In this document: piece after piece, positions 26,446 through 39,988 of the stretch
Numbering within the stretch: the stretch's first letter is position 1
Layout of the letters: each line of letters opens with the position of its first letter
Assembly: GCA_045837725.1 (NCBI GenBank)
Contig: JBEWZL010000084.1
Location: 186,001 to 250,000 of the forward strand
Reading direction: 5' to 3'
DNA length: 64,000 nt
Source: Vermamoeba vermiformis
Lineage: Eukaryota
Notes under the pieces: model-generated
What the model was told of the DNA's origin: nothing
Seen by the model: only the letters and a program-made list of their open reading frames with translations
Databases searched by the model: none
Translations under genes and position numbers: made by a program

Positions 26446-28890
26446 TCACAAGACATGCTTGATGTTTTGGCACTCATTTGCGATCTGTTCCAATCTGTCC
26501 AACGCTTCATCGAGTGATATTCGTTTATACCAGTCCCATAATGTCTGCAATCATATGACTCAATCAGAATTTTCTGTCGTTCTACTTATGAATGAATAAT
26601 CTACGTACCATGGCTTGAATTAGGCCTTGCAACTCAGGAGTCATTTGATTCCATTCTTTTGCAAAGTATTCAATGGTACGGCCTGCACTAAACACATCAG
26701 TGACGGGGTATCGCGCTTGCTCACCTGGCATGAATCCAGGATGGCCATATGGTCGACTTTGTGCAGCTGATACCCAGTCATTCAATGCATCAAAATGATT
26801 GAACCAGAATGTACTGCCAAAGTCAATGAGCTGCAATCAATAAAGTGAGAATTAGCACTAAAGGACAACACAAATAGACATACCACAAGGTCATCATTAT
26901 CATCCCACATCACATTTGGAGGTGCAATGTCACAGTGAATGACTCGCTTTTCATGAATTGTTTTGACAGCCATCAACAGCTGCTTTGCAGTGCGCATGAT
27001 GTCTCGCTGCTTTGGTTCAGAGTTGTACTGCGGAAATATCAAGAGCACATGTGAAATCTCGTTGTCGACAATGCCAATTGCAAAGTCCAGCAGTCGTGGT
27101 AGGTATTTTTTGCCACTCAACCACTGTGCCACAGAGAACTCCAAAGCTACACTCCATAATTCACTAGCACCTGTTGCAATCTAAATTAATCCTATTGTTT
27201 AATTTATAAATATATATATACCTCCTCCATGATAAGTTTTAAGTGTTTTTCCAATAATCTTAAATTCATTTCCATGCTTAGTGATGACTCTGCCTCGTTG
27301 AACAATAGGGGTAATATTTTCTAGCCACTCAATTCGCCGTTTTAACTTTCTTTTTTTCTTTGCTGTTTCTTTCAAACGGCACTCAACAACTTCGTTCAAT
27401 TCATATTCATCACACCATTGTCTTGCCATACTGAAATGAATTAATACAAAATCTGTCTTCAAGTAATGCTTACTCAAGTGTGTACTGAGAAATTGCGGCT
27501 TGAGTTAATAAATGTGGCTCGTCAAGGACCTTCAATGCAAACTCAGGTGATAATCGCCGAAAGGGACAGGGATGTTTCTACAAAAATATTGTTATGTTAT
27601 GCAATTAAACAACTGCTGCAATACTTACTAAAGCCTTTGCAAGAGGCAAGAACTCTTCTGATTGCATCTTTTTTGACCACTCAACAATGGTTGAACCAAT
27701 TGTTTGCATGTCAATGAATGAATCAGCTGGACGAGCAATTTGCTTGTAATTATCACAGTCACCACGAAATCCACATGCCTCCCATCTTATGAACTACAAT
27801 AACAATAAGTCATTATATCAATGCAACTATACTGTTATTAGTACCTTTATCTGTTGATTTTGCCATCGGATCTGGATACCCAAGCCAAGAGATACATACT
27901 CTTTGTGATACTCTATCACTGCAGAAATGTATTGTGCAATCATAGCCTTCAAAGGTATCATTGGCTGTGGCCACTCAGTGAAGTCAGATGTGTCCAATAA
28001 ATATCGATGTGCATAACCTTTCTCATAGCATTGGTATGCTAGTAATTTGGGAATGCCAAATAAGCCTTGTAATTTGACTAGTGCTACAATTGTATGAAGA
28101 TCTGCAAAAATAAGTACTTTTCCAAGTTATTCATAATAGGCTTACATGTTGTTCTTATTGAATTTTGGTTGTTAACAAGCAAATGAGGATTTAATGCTTT
28201 GCTTTCTAGTAATTGTAACAAGCTGAAGCACCCTGGTGGATGATGACGATTTGAAAATGCGCCAAATATTCCTTCTGAGCTATTTCGTAGATAAAATGGA
28301 ACTGCAAATACTAACGTATTTGTTAATACTAACTACTTGGACCTCAAATCATACCATTTTCATCGGTCAAATCGATTAGTTTCTGCTTCTTAGCATCTGG
28401 TTGCTCTTGCACGTTGTCCACTGCATCTAACCGCCTTTTTTTAGAATGTGACCTTGCTGATTCAAGCTCAAGTTGAACTATCGGCGCATCGTATTGGTCA
28501 GTAGTTGTTGAAGGCTTCTCCTCTTTCATTAAATTGTTTCCATCCTATTGTAATAAATAAACGCTATTTAGCTCGCGTGGTTATTTTGTGTAGTTATTTC
28601 GGCAGATCTTTGGTCGATCCTTTAATTTAAATTCCGTGGGAATTGTATCATAATTAGCAAATGCGTATTGATTATTAATGTACCCGAGTTGCAGCAGCCC
28701 TGCTCGTAATTAAATTATATTAATTAATAATAATTAATATTTTGGTTTCGAATGCTTACTCAGCTTTGCCTGGTGATAGATAATCGTCGTCTTTTTTTTC
28801 TGTTGAAGATCCACCCTCAGAATTGCGTAATAAGCAGATGTGGTTCAACCTAAAAGACGGTAAATAATTCCTCTTGAGTTATTTTCTTTA
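26446..28890 (-). CDS. Divergent protein kinase with a probable upstream degenerate kinase domain
   Basis: C-terminal IHCDIAPPNVMW, LIDFG, GHPGF and DVFSAG; upstream exons (GIPKLL..., DMQTIG, RRLS) resemble a kinase that lacks catalytic motifs. 5' end approximate. Confidence 0.7.
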
Positions 28891-29306
28891 CATTATAATT
28901 AATAGCTTGGCTCTCTTTAAAATTCCGCCGTATTCATGTTGTTTTTCTTATGTGTTGCGACACAGCGACCGATTTAATGATTTTAAGTAAACTTCGATCT
29001 GCAGCACAACACGCGTTGTCTGTGACTCAAACGGCGAACACATCCAATAATTTTCGTTGTGGCCGTGTACACGGCAATGAACTTGCCTCTCAGAACGTCC
29101 GTCGATCTGATAGAGAAGATCGGTTAGCTGTTACTGACGAGCGCCTTAAATATAACATGCGATATAAATATAATGCGTGACAGTGCTTAACAACTATTAT
29201 TGCAAAAGAGTGGACGACGGACGCGTCCCATTTCGGTCGCATGTCATTTTGTGTCACTGCCATTGTTCCCCAAAACAAATAACAACTGCTCAATGTATAA
29301 CTCATA

Positions 29307-31933
29307 ATGGAAATCGAGGTTGAAACTCAGATTAACGTATTAAACAATTTTCAAGTGTTTATTCCAATTGCTGGAGATGCAGATTTGTTCGTGTTCACTC
29401 AAACAACGTCGCCGAGCTTTGGATTGACATTAACGCGTATTGATACACGCGAGAGTTACCATTATCAAATTCAAATGTTGCAACAAAACGGTGGTTCAGA
29501 AGATCTTATCACAAGTGGTCTCGTTTGGGCCAAGCGAACGCCATACCAGTTCCAAAAGAAAGAAAACACGAATATTATAGAAGCATTAATATGCAGATTA
29601 CGAGTCACAACAGGAGTTTTCGATTTCAGACGGATCAAGCATCGATCGATCAGATTTGTAGTTCGTTGTTTCACCAACAACAATCTTTTAAGCACGGGTC
29701 TTTCTCAATCAGTAAGAGTCCTTCCTAAAAAGCGCATTGCTGATGACGAAGCCGATGATAACAACAATGGTAAGTTCGCAGTTAATTTCCGAGTGATTCC
29801 TAAGTATTAATAATAACGAATCACAAGGTCTTTACAATACGTAGGTAATTTTTAATAATTATTTTAGCAATTATTCCCATTTCCTGGATGCTCGAACCCT
29901 TCGAATCACAAGAATCTCAGCATCCTGAATCCACGGTCGATCCGCAACAAATGTCACAAGCTCACAGCGAACCGTTTTATTCATCACCTGAAGACCAAGA
30001 AGTAGACAGTGTTATGGCCAATTTCAACGAATCCGGTGACAGATTTGCTTTCAGTAATGAAAATGAAGGCGACTCGGATGATCTTTCCCTCGTTCCAGTA
30101 TCGTAAGTATATCAAAAATAGCCATACGATTCATTCCCCATATAATAGGTGTCGGTCTAATAACGTTTATGTATAGAGAAGGAGGCTATCTCTTATCAGA
30201 ACACGAGCTCGCTAACCTAAAGTAGGTGACTTGCATCGATACAACAAACCTTTAATTAATGTTCTAATTTTTACCTAGCCATCAATCCGACCAATATATG
30301 GTGCTATATAACGGCAATGCAGAGGTCATAGGAAATTTCAGGGCGTTAAATTTTTACAAAGCTTCAGACAGGAGGATTAAAGAAGATGTTAGACTGCTCA
30401 TGGACGACTATAATCCTCGTGATGTCTTGCTCAAAATTGACGGAGTTGAATACAAGTTCAAAGAAGGTGCTACCAACGCACCATTGAACAAACGATTTGC
30501 CGGATACATCGCTCAGCAAATTGAAAGCGTTGTTCCCGAGGCAGTGCAACTCATCGATGGTAAAATTGAAAATTTATTTGCAACACTCTATATTAACATC
30601 TATTGCAGGCATTTTGCACGTCGATTATGAATCGTTGATTCCGTACCTCAGCGAATCTATTAAGCAAAATTTCAAAGATATCAAAGACATTAAATCAGAC
30701 ACGCGCAGAATTCATCAAATTATTGACATGATGTACGCGGAGTTTATTACAAAAGAGAAGAGAAAGAGCGATATGAAAGCATCAAACGGACCTTCAAATA
30801 CACAATTTCGTGGTCAATCGATGCGATGGGTCATTGGCACGTCAATCACAGTGCTGTTCTTGGTCAGTGTTGCCATAGCCCTGTTCTTCATCTTGCCGTA
30901 CATGAACGGACCAGACAGCACCAATCCGCTGAGCCCGGCGAGTCCTTCAAATCCTCAAGGACCCTCTAAGGCCCCTGGGCCTAACACTTTCTTCCCATCA
31001 CCAGATCAAGCAGCACTCGTCGAGTTTTACCACGCGACACAAGGACCAGGCTGGAAAATTAAAGCATCACCTGATTTGTCCGTTTGTGAATGGGGAGGCA
31101 TTGTTTGCGACGGCAGCAGTCGTGTGTTTGAAATCGACCTCTCTGGGCAGAATTTGTATGGCACAATTCCCGACTCCATTGGCACTATGAGACATCTCCG
31201 AACAGTGAAATTGGCGTCAAATGCATTGCGCGGAACCATTCCGGAGTCAATAGCAAACCTCACAAACTTAGCAGAGCTGACTCTTAGCGACGCACATTAT
31301 GAAGGCACACTGCCTGAAGGAATCTTCTCATTGACTTTTTTGGAAAGGCTGTCTCTTAGCGCTTTAACGGGCTTATCATGGGCAATTCCTCCGCAGATTA
31401 AAAATCTCCGAAGACTGGAATTTTTTGAAGCATCTTCAAGTGGACTGTACGGCACTATCCCGAACGAAATTTCACAACTGAAGAGATTAAAAATGCTGGG
31501 ACTAAGCTACAACAATCTTACTGGAACTGTTCCGACGTTGGTCAATTCACAACTGAACGCGCTGTATTTGTCCTACAATCAGCTTACCGGCACGATCCCC
31601 GAACTGCCAACACTGGATAGTTCATTCTCAGTCGTACGATTGCAAGGAAATAATTTTAGTGGCACTATCGAGAATTTGGCACATTTACGAACATTTACGA
31701 GTGATCCGGAAGTTGATTTATCGAGAAATTCTCTTAGCGGAGAATTCTTCTTGCCACCCGACATGTTTAATCGTCTGGGCTACCTGAAAATATACGATAA
31801 TAACTTCACATCGCTATCTCCATTATGGGAGAATCTAACATTACCACGTGTTTATTGCGACGCATCCAATAATCCGTTCAGGTGTCCACTACCCGAATGG
31901 TTCAAAACCACTTGTAAAGCTACCTGTACATAA
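29307..31933 (+). CDS. Putative DNA-binding domain, peptidase S74 autocleaving chaperone, TM helix and LRR ectodomain (MYRF-like topology)
   Basis: Five exons join in frame. Beta-rich N-domain ending SVRVLPKKR; acidic linker; SDRRIKED..GYIAQQIE..VPEAV..VDYESLIPYL; TM WVIGTSITVLFLVSVAIALFFIL; LRRNT CEWGGIVC; LxLxxNxLxGxIP repeats. Confidence 0.85.
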
Positions 31934-32004
31934 TAAATACACTTGAACGGAGGAGATAATATTCGAAAGAGAACTCTTTACTATATTTACAAGAGGATCG
32001 AATC

Positions 32005-35000
32005 TTACGGCATCCAGCCAGAAGAGCCTTTTAGTGGTTTAGAAGTTGAATCAGATTTGGTTCTCGTTAACATGTATTTTTTGAGTTGAAAAAACTCGAC
32101 AAGGAGCGGCTTCGAGATTATTTCTTCTTCAATGCCAGATGCAGACACAACTCCATCTACGAATGTACCGAGCTTATCGAACACCATCATTGCAAAAGCC
32201 TCTATATCTTGATCGTTCGTCTCTGTATGAAGTCTAGAAAATGTCAGTACGCGAGCAGAAATTTGACAGTCAAAAATTGAAAATTTGCCACTCAAATACT
32301 TACCTTACTAACAGCGTCAAGACCTTCTTGAACTCGTCAAAACTGACTTGCTCGTCTTCTCGTTCGGTAACGATCTTAATGCAAGCTAAGTTCCAATTAT
32401 TAGTTACGCGATCTGGTTTTGTAACGAGCTGACTTACTCTTCAATTGAGTCGCTAGGTCTCCTTTGCTTAAAGGATCGAGTCCTGTTATCATATCTACCC
32501 ATTCAATGGTATCGTTGGTGTCTTTACCCAAATACTAAATAAATTATGGTTAGTACATCCACAAAAAAAGATCCAGTTACGTACTCTATACATCATTTCG
32601 CTTAAATCGGGCAAAGCTTCACGCCAAAAAGGGAAATATTGGTACAACAGAGCTTCAAACTGTTCAAAATGGATGGAAGCGACCTCATCTTGAACCTTCA
32701 GATCTTTAAACTTTTGATACATGTGTTCTAACTCTTCTTTAGTAACTACAATATATATTGTTAGTTATAACTCCAATTATCGTATTTAAGCTACTTACAT
32801 TTTGTTTTTTCGCGCAGAACGCTGATAACAGTTTGCTTGTTGGATCTTTCCAGATTTAGAATGGCTTGGTACTTGTGAGCCGCTCGCTTTTCTTGTAATT
32901 TATCCATCGGCAAGTCGGCAAAGTCTTCAAGAGCAACTTTAATCAGCTCATTGGCATCCGCAAACGCGAATTTTTCTTTGAGAACTTGAGCGAGCTGCGC
33001 ACCTTCGTGGATCTGCAGCAATTGTTTTTGATTCAATTTCATTAACGCCAAACCAATTTTAAACAAAAATTTGACGCCATTAACGAAGAAATTATCGAGG
33101 ACCCTTAATGAGGCCTAAAAAGAATGAGAAGTTTAGTTTTTGGATCGGATCGGATCTCGATGTTAGAACTTACGTCAACAGGCAGGACGCCAACATATAG
33201 CAATAAGAACCATGGCATAGTAATAGGAGCGATGGGCACTTCTAACTTATTCAGATGCTTGCTTAATACTGGCAATTTCTCCGCAATCAGATCCTCGAAG
33301 ATCCCTTGGTCGACGATGGATCCGATCATCAATCGGTTGTAGTACTGCGGCATCAAAATCTCGCAAATTGTTATCATAGCATAGAACGCACTTTCTTCAG
33401 TCATAGTCAACAAAAGCATGGCTGCCACAATATTCTAAAACAAAAACATCGTCAGATCAAGACTCAATTATATAATCAGCGATAGCTTTGAATATCACAA
33501 GCAACTGTTATTCATCGTGCTTCGATTTAAAGAATTATAAAAATTTAATTTTGTAATAAGAGCAACAGATCTGATCGCAAAGTGAAATTTTGCTCGATCT
33601 AGTTTAAGAGTACTTACCATGGATTGACAATAGCCGACTGTTGGATTGTGCCAGCTGTACGCAGTCAACACGCGTTGCAAAGCGAGAATACCTTCTTCAG
33701 TCTGAAAGTACGGGTGTTCGGGCAATGAACGGTGAATGTCCTTGTCAATCTCTTCGGTGGCTTGTGATGTTTGGCCTTTGTATTTCTCGAGAATATTGGC
33801 GTAGTAATTGTCTTGTTCTTTCATCATTTTGATGTAAATTGAACCGCACGATAGTTGCCAGATCAGCCCTACATCCGTAAAAATTAATAAAAATCACCTC
33901 TTCAAACGACTTAAAGCCACTTAATAGCATCATATATATTACTCGCCATTAAAATAATGATAATAATAGCTATAAATTTGTTGAGCTTACCTCGCCACTT
34001 GTCAGGGATGCCCTCGCGCACGAGAGATCTGAACGATTTGTTCTTCAACAATGACACGCCAAAGCCGTACTCGTTGAAATGGTTCTCCCACTTGCCGACT
34101 TTTTTATCTTCAATTTTGTTGAAATCGTCCACGATAGGTTCGAGCAACCGCCATTGCTTTAATTTGTTGTCACTAAATGAATGTACGTCAGTCATACTCA
34201 AAACTTGTTCATAATTACAAAATCAATATCTTAAATCAGTACCAGGAAATTTTTAGGCTAGATCCGATTTCGCCGGATCTTGCTACACAATTAAATTTTG
34301 TAGTACTTACGGGAAAGGAGCCAATAATGATGAAATATTATACGTTCTTAAATTTGATATTTTCCATAACGTTGTAATTTCTTTTTGAATTCGTTCTCGC
34401 AGATCTTTCGGGAACTGAAAGTGGAATGTGTGTGTGTTAGCCACGAGTCTGACGAACTCATCGCCGTAGTCATAATAATCCGTAGCAATAGGCTGCGAGT
34501 ACTCTACTGCCGTCACATCGCGGAGTGGCACGACGACTTGAACGGTCGGTGCATCCACGCTGTGAAAACAGACAAAATTGCTTGAGACGAATAACCAGCC
34601 ACTGGACTTGGTGTGCTTGCAGTATAGTACTGTATTGAAACCTACGACCAAAAAAAATCATTATTAATAACGGATCTTCTAACAGCTGTATTGGAAGAAT
34701 TAAAATTCGTCTATTTCAATTATATCTCGAGCTGAAAGCAATAATGAGATATAACTATCGTATATATATCGTATTGAATGAAATTAAGGGTTTGCAAAGA
34801 AAAATTGTATCCAACGGATCTGGCATAATTTTCGGCCGTTACACGAGTCTGAAAATAGCAGTATATGCATATCAAGTACTTACAATGCTTTAAGGTCTCG
34901 CTCTCTTGCATTTTAAACAGTGCTTGAAATCGTTTGTTTCGTTTCATGTCGCCCAACTCTTTGAAAGTCAGCCCTGAATCGTCTTTTCCGCCGTTGCTAA

Positions 35001-36492
35001 ATGATTTGCCACGAGGTAGCAGACTTCGCGGCGTTGTGTCGTCACCTGAGCCTGAATCACTGCTCAAGCGCGGTGTCTTTTCTCCCTAAGGTACATTCAT
35101 TAATGATTTGGATTAAACGGATCCAAAATAATCATTCAATTTCGAATAAATACGATTAATATTACAGTTAGTAATATGATACATATTTACGTTGTCGCTC
35201 TAACTATAGTATTAAGGATATAGACTTACTTGCACGGTGCTTTCAGCGCGTCTCAAAGCACGTTCCATAGCCAAGTTCCAGAGTTGTTGCAGCACTGAGT
35301 AGGTCTGATTGCGTTGAATGAACATGCCAAACTCGAACTAGATATAGAACATAATAAAGTTAGTCATTTAATATCAATAATTAAGCGTTAACTAAGTAAA
35401 TTTGTAAGTTCAAACAAATAGATCAGCAGCGAAAGAATTTACTGGTGATATTGCTATATTTAGCGTAATAATTGATGCTAGCGACCGCCATAACAGTATT
35501 ATTTTATATTTAAACAGAAAGAGATATTAGCGAGCCTTAGTAATGGTAGCAGATCTGTTTTTGGAGCGGAATTTGTTGAGTTTTCGATATAATTGTTGTC
35601 CGTATTTAATGTGAATAAAAAATGTATCAGAGCAATAATTAAATGATATCCGAGTGAGAACCGTTCACGAACGAATTTTTAAAAATAAAATTTTGTATTT
35701 GGATCGCGTAAGGACTTACCGTTTCTCCGTTGCGAGTCTTGATCATAATACCGTCAAACATCATATTAGTATCGTGCTTTTCAATGGAAGTGACTTGACT
35801 GAACGGGATTACAATCTTCTCCTTGAGCATTTTGCTACTGAAGCACACGTGATTCGCTGAGAGGTACATCCAGCCCGGCCGGAAGAGCCCACGTTGCAAA
35901 GAGCACATATAATCTATAGCAAATTAATATATGCGAATTGTAAAGGCATATTATTGGGTTTTGAGTGGATTTACAATTTCCCGAGTCTGACGTTTTATGA
36001 TAAAATAGAAGCAGTGAAAAAATTTGAAATTAAATTAATTTAAGTACGTCATATGTGAATATAGAACATACGTGTGACGAGGTCCTCTTCCAAATTAAAC
36101 TGTTGTTGAAAAAATTGTTTCTTCATCTGGACCTCCTTTTCTTTTTCTTCCTTTTCCTTCTGGTCCTTCCATAATAATTCAAATTTGACCTCTAAATATT
36201 GTGCCATATCATCGGTCTCTTCTTCGTCATAACTAAGTGTCGGCATAATTTTCTCTTCAATCCAATCCCATTTTTCATCTATGGCGTCTTTGGTTTCGCC
36301 GACGGCCACAATAATTGGGTATAATAGTGAATTCGTCTTAAACGTTATTAAATATTCTTCTTTACTGCCTAGGTTGGTAATAAATGAAAGAAAGCCACTA
36401 GATTTCTGCTTCTTCAATTGCTCGAAGAAACTCTTCTTCTCTAACTGCTGATAATTCTGATAATCTTTTAATTGTCTCGGTTTGACCCACAT
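32005..36492 (-). CDS. GRAM-GRAM-TBC-EF-hand Rab GAP, TBC1D8/9-like
   Basis: MWVKP start, two GRAM domains (GWMYLSANHVCF, GWLFVSSNFVCF), TBC motifs EIDKDIHRS and VGYCQSM, C-terminal EF-hand-like region. Confidence 0.88.
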
Positions 36493-36966
36493 ACTCGATA
36501 TTTTGATATATACAATAAATATTACAAGTGAGTTGTTGAGTTCATTTTGGTGTGTTATGAAAAATTCTTTAAAGCGAACACACAAATGCTCCGGAGAAAC
36601 ACCTCATACGGCGAAAAAACGAAAAGTTATCGATTATTTCGCTCTTTTCTAATAATATCTAATGATTCGTGCTATCGCAAGTATTGCTTGGTTCTCGAAG
36701 CTTCCGATCGACGGATTTGGTCTCAAACTTCTGACTCAGTTAATGTTATAAATGACCAAGTTATTAATGATTGCTCCATGACGATTCGGTGTAAAGATAA
36801 TTTCGGTCTCGTGACCTGATCCCGCGCAAAACTGTTGGTGCAAATTTTTTTTCTGTTGTTATCAAGCTCTAAAATGAGCACTACATATTTATTATTGTAA
36901 TATATAAGAAATTATAGTTAGATAGATTGCAGCGGGTTGTTGTAGTATACTTGATAGTAAATTAGA

Positions 36967-39900
36967 ATGACAGATCAAGAGCTAGAGACGGGTCATTTGA
37001 CGGATAATGCACCTGAAGATAGCAACAATACGAGCGACGTTACATATAAAACATTTACATTAGAAGAGGTGAGTTTGAGACGAATCTGCTTCGAGTAATT
37101 ATTTAATTTATTTTTTTACATTCTCCTATTGACCGGACAATCAGGATTAATATTTAAAAACTCTATAAATATTATTTCGACTCGTATTCCTAGGAATTTT
37201 AATTAAAATTGCTTTAAGGGCATTGAAAAACTCGGATGGGGTCGGCTACAATGGCAATTGACATTTATGTGTGGCATGTGGTACGTAATATTTGCGCTAT
37301 CATACGGATTATTTATATGACATATTTCTCATAGGTGGGCTGCGGATGCGATGGAAATTATGTTAATTTCATTTTTGTTGCCTGAACTACGCGATGAATG
37401 GGGATTAGAAAGGTAAATTAACGAAAATCAACTTATTATTATGCGTCATATCATTGAAAACCTCCTCGAATTGTCAGAAAGGACGGCTCATACCAAAATT
37501 AGAAATACTTCCGTTCCGATTGTTTCTTTCATTGGTACTTATAATAATGCGTTATATTACAGCTGGCAAGAAGGCATTGTTGGTTCAGTAACGTTTTTGG
37601 GCATTTTTCTTGGAGCATTTGTTTGGGGTGTTATTGCTGACCGGTACGAACCCTTTAAACGCTTAATATCACGTAATTTAGCATAGTTTTCATTGGTTAA
37701 CACGTGCTTCTATAGTTTTGGACGAAAGATCGGATATTTAGTGACAGCCCTATTCACCAGTGTTTGTAAGTAGATCCGATCGCGTGAGGATCTCGTGACA
37801 GTTGTCATACGGATACTAATCGCTTATATTGTACATAAGTGGGGTTTGCATCGGCAGCAGCCGGGAGCTTGCTTACAATGTGCATATTGCGAGGCTTACT
37901 CGGCTTTGGCATCGGTGGTGCACCCGTCGCCTTTTCGATGTACACGGAGTTTTTGCCAGCCAAAAATCGCGGCATTGTGCTCGTCTGTTTTGAAGGATTT
38001 TGGACGTTTGGCATATTGTTGGAGGCAGGTCTTGCTTGGTAAGTCTAAAAACTGATCAGATCGACAGACTTTTAGAATCTAAATTCCAGATCGGACCTCC
38101 ACACCAAAATATTTGCTCCAAATTATCGCCCGAAACCGTACAAATATTTATCAGTCAATTCACACTTGAATAACAAAAAAATTCTTTTTTTTCGAACCGG
38201 TGGGAAAGACCAGCGTTTGATCGTTGAGTCCAACAAGAAGAAAATCCGATATGGTGTAGGCGGTTAACATTTCTGGTTTTCACCCAGGGGCCCCGGGTTC
38301 GACTCCCGGTATCGGAATTCGTTTTTTTACCTTTTTGTTTCTATTCATCTTAGTAGGGCAAGATGTGATTCAGATTTTAATTTGATGAAAATTCATATTC
38401 CGATTACAATATTTGACATGCGGATCATATTTATTTTTTGTTTCGATATCATTACAACATTGAAACGCACAATACACGATGTTTATTTTTGATTCGAATC
38501 TAATGAAATTTCGTATTGATGATTTATGACACGCATTTTGTTTCATGAACAAATCTTTATAGGGCAGATGTGTACTGTTTTAGATCATGGCGGTTAACAT
38601 TTCTGGTTTTCACCCAGGGGCCCCGGGTTCGACTCCCGGTATCGGAATTCATTTTTTTGCTAGTTGTTACTTTTATATATTGCCATCCCTGCATTTTTAT
38701 GCCTTTTTTTCGGTTTTGGGCCAAGTCGGTTGAAGTTTTTTTTTGGATCGCGATCCGACCCTAACAGGCATTTTCTGACGCGTTATGTAATAGGGCTGTG
38801 CTTCCGACACTCGGTTGGCGATGGTTATTAGGTTTAACAGCCGTTCCTCTCTTTATTTTGCTTCTTTTTTATCCTTTTATGTACGAGTCGCCGCGCTACC
38901 TCTTGACAAGGTAAGAAATTGGTAAAAGTCTTGTAAAACTAATATGCGTGTTACATACCTAGTGGTAACATTACTGGCGCGATGCAAGTTCTCCAACAAG
39001 CGGCCAAAGTTAACAAGTATGTTTCGAACCTGATCGTGGATCGGATCTCAGTTGATCTAACTTTTTGTAGGACTGAATTGCCCGAAGGAGTTCTTCAAGC
39101 TATGAATAGGAACGAAGAACGCGGCAAGTTCAAAGATTTGTTGAAGCCATCATTGCGACGTTTGACGTTGTTGACGTGGGTGATCTGGTTTGGCTCGTCC
39201 ATCGTGTACTACGGAGTCATTTTATTCACGCCTGGCGTGTTTGAACGAACTACTGGTGCTGATCCTAACGAATACGTATGCCCTACTATCGATTAATATA
39301 GTTACTAATAGTATACAACAGTTGGGTGTTTATACATTCGTCTTCGTAACCTCCATGGCCGAAGTACCCGGTTTAATTGCTGCAAGTCTGCTCGTTGATA
39401 GAATTGGACGAAAAAAGGTACTATATTGCCAAATAAGGAATTTTCATCTATTTCTAACACGTGATCTTTATTTGCAGACCTTGACATTGTTTTTCTTCTT
39501 GTGCGGCATCAGTTTGTTCCCGTTAGCAGCGATCACTGACGCAGTTGTAAATTTGATTTTGATCATGTCAGCGCGCATGTGGATCGAAGGTTCATTTGCA
39601 GTCATTTGGACTTACACGCCTGAAGTACGTGCATCACCAGTAAAATTCGCTACAAAAGCATTCCTAACCGGATCTAGGCTTACCCAACCAGTGTTCGAGC
39701 CACGGGCTTAGGCGTTGCCAACTCAGTTGCTAAGAGGTGAGTATATGATACTAGCGACCATATTTAAATAGCTTCTAATGACACGTCTTTAGTGCTTCAA
39801 TTTTTACGCCGTTCATTTCGACGTACTTGCTGGACATTTCAATTTTGATTCCAGTACTCGTATTCGGATTTATGTCAGTTATAGCAGCTGTTTGCTCGCA

Positions 39901-39988
39901 CTTCTTGCCGCGCGAGACTTACCAAAAGAAATTGGACGAAGAGGAAGAGACGTTTGAGCTGGATGTGGTCCAACCGAGTAAGTCTTAG
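36967..39988 (+). CDS. MFS transporter, SVOP/SV2-like
   Basis: ADAMEIML, IADRFGRK, YTEFLP, GWRWLL, ESPRYL, VDRIGRK, YTPEAYPTSVRATGLG. Confidence 0.9.
38245..38317 (+). tRNA. tRNA-Glu(TTC), intronic in the MFS gene
   Basis: Acceptor stem TCCGATA/TATCGGA, anticodon loop TTTTCAC, T-arm GGTTCGACTCC, T7 terminator just downstream. Confidence 0.95.
38589..38647 (+). pseudogene. 5'-truncated tRNA-Glu(TTC) copy
   Basis: Identical to nt 15-73 of the tRNA at 38245 and followed by a T7 run; the first 14 nt are absent. Confidence 0.85.

Noticed and set aside
30298-30700. Prophage or viral tail-fibre remnant suggested by the S74 domain
   Set aside because: The domain is interrupted by a spliceosomal intron, embedded in a eukaryotic membrane protein, and has no phage genes nearby.
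19295-38647. Trans-spliced split tRNA made from the two truncated Glu copies
   Set aside because: The pieces overlap by about 46 nt rather than being complementary halves, I saw no pairing leader or trailer sequences, and an intact gene is present.
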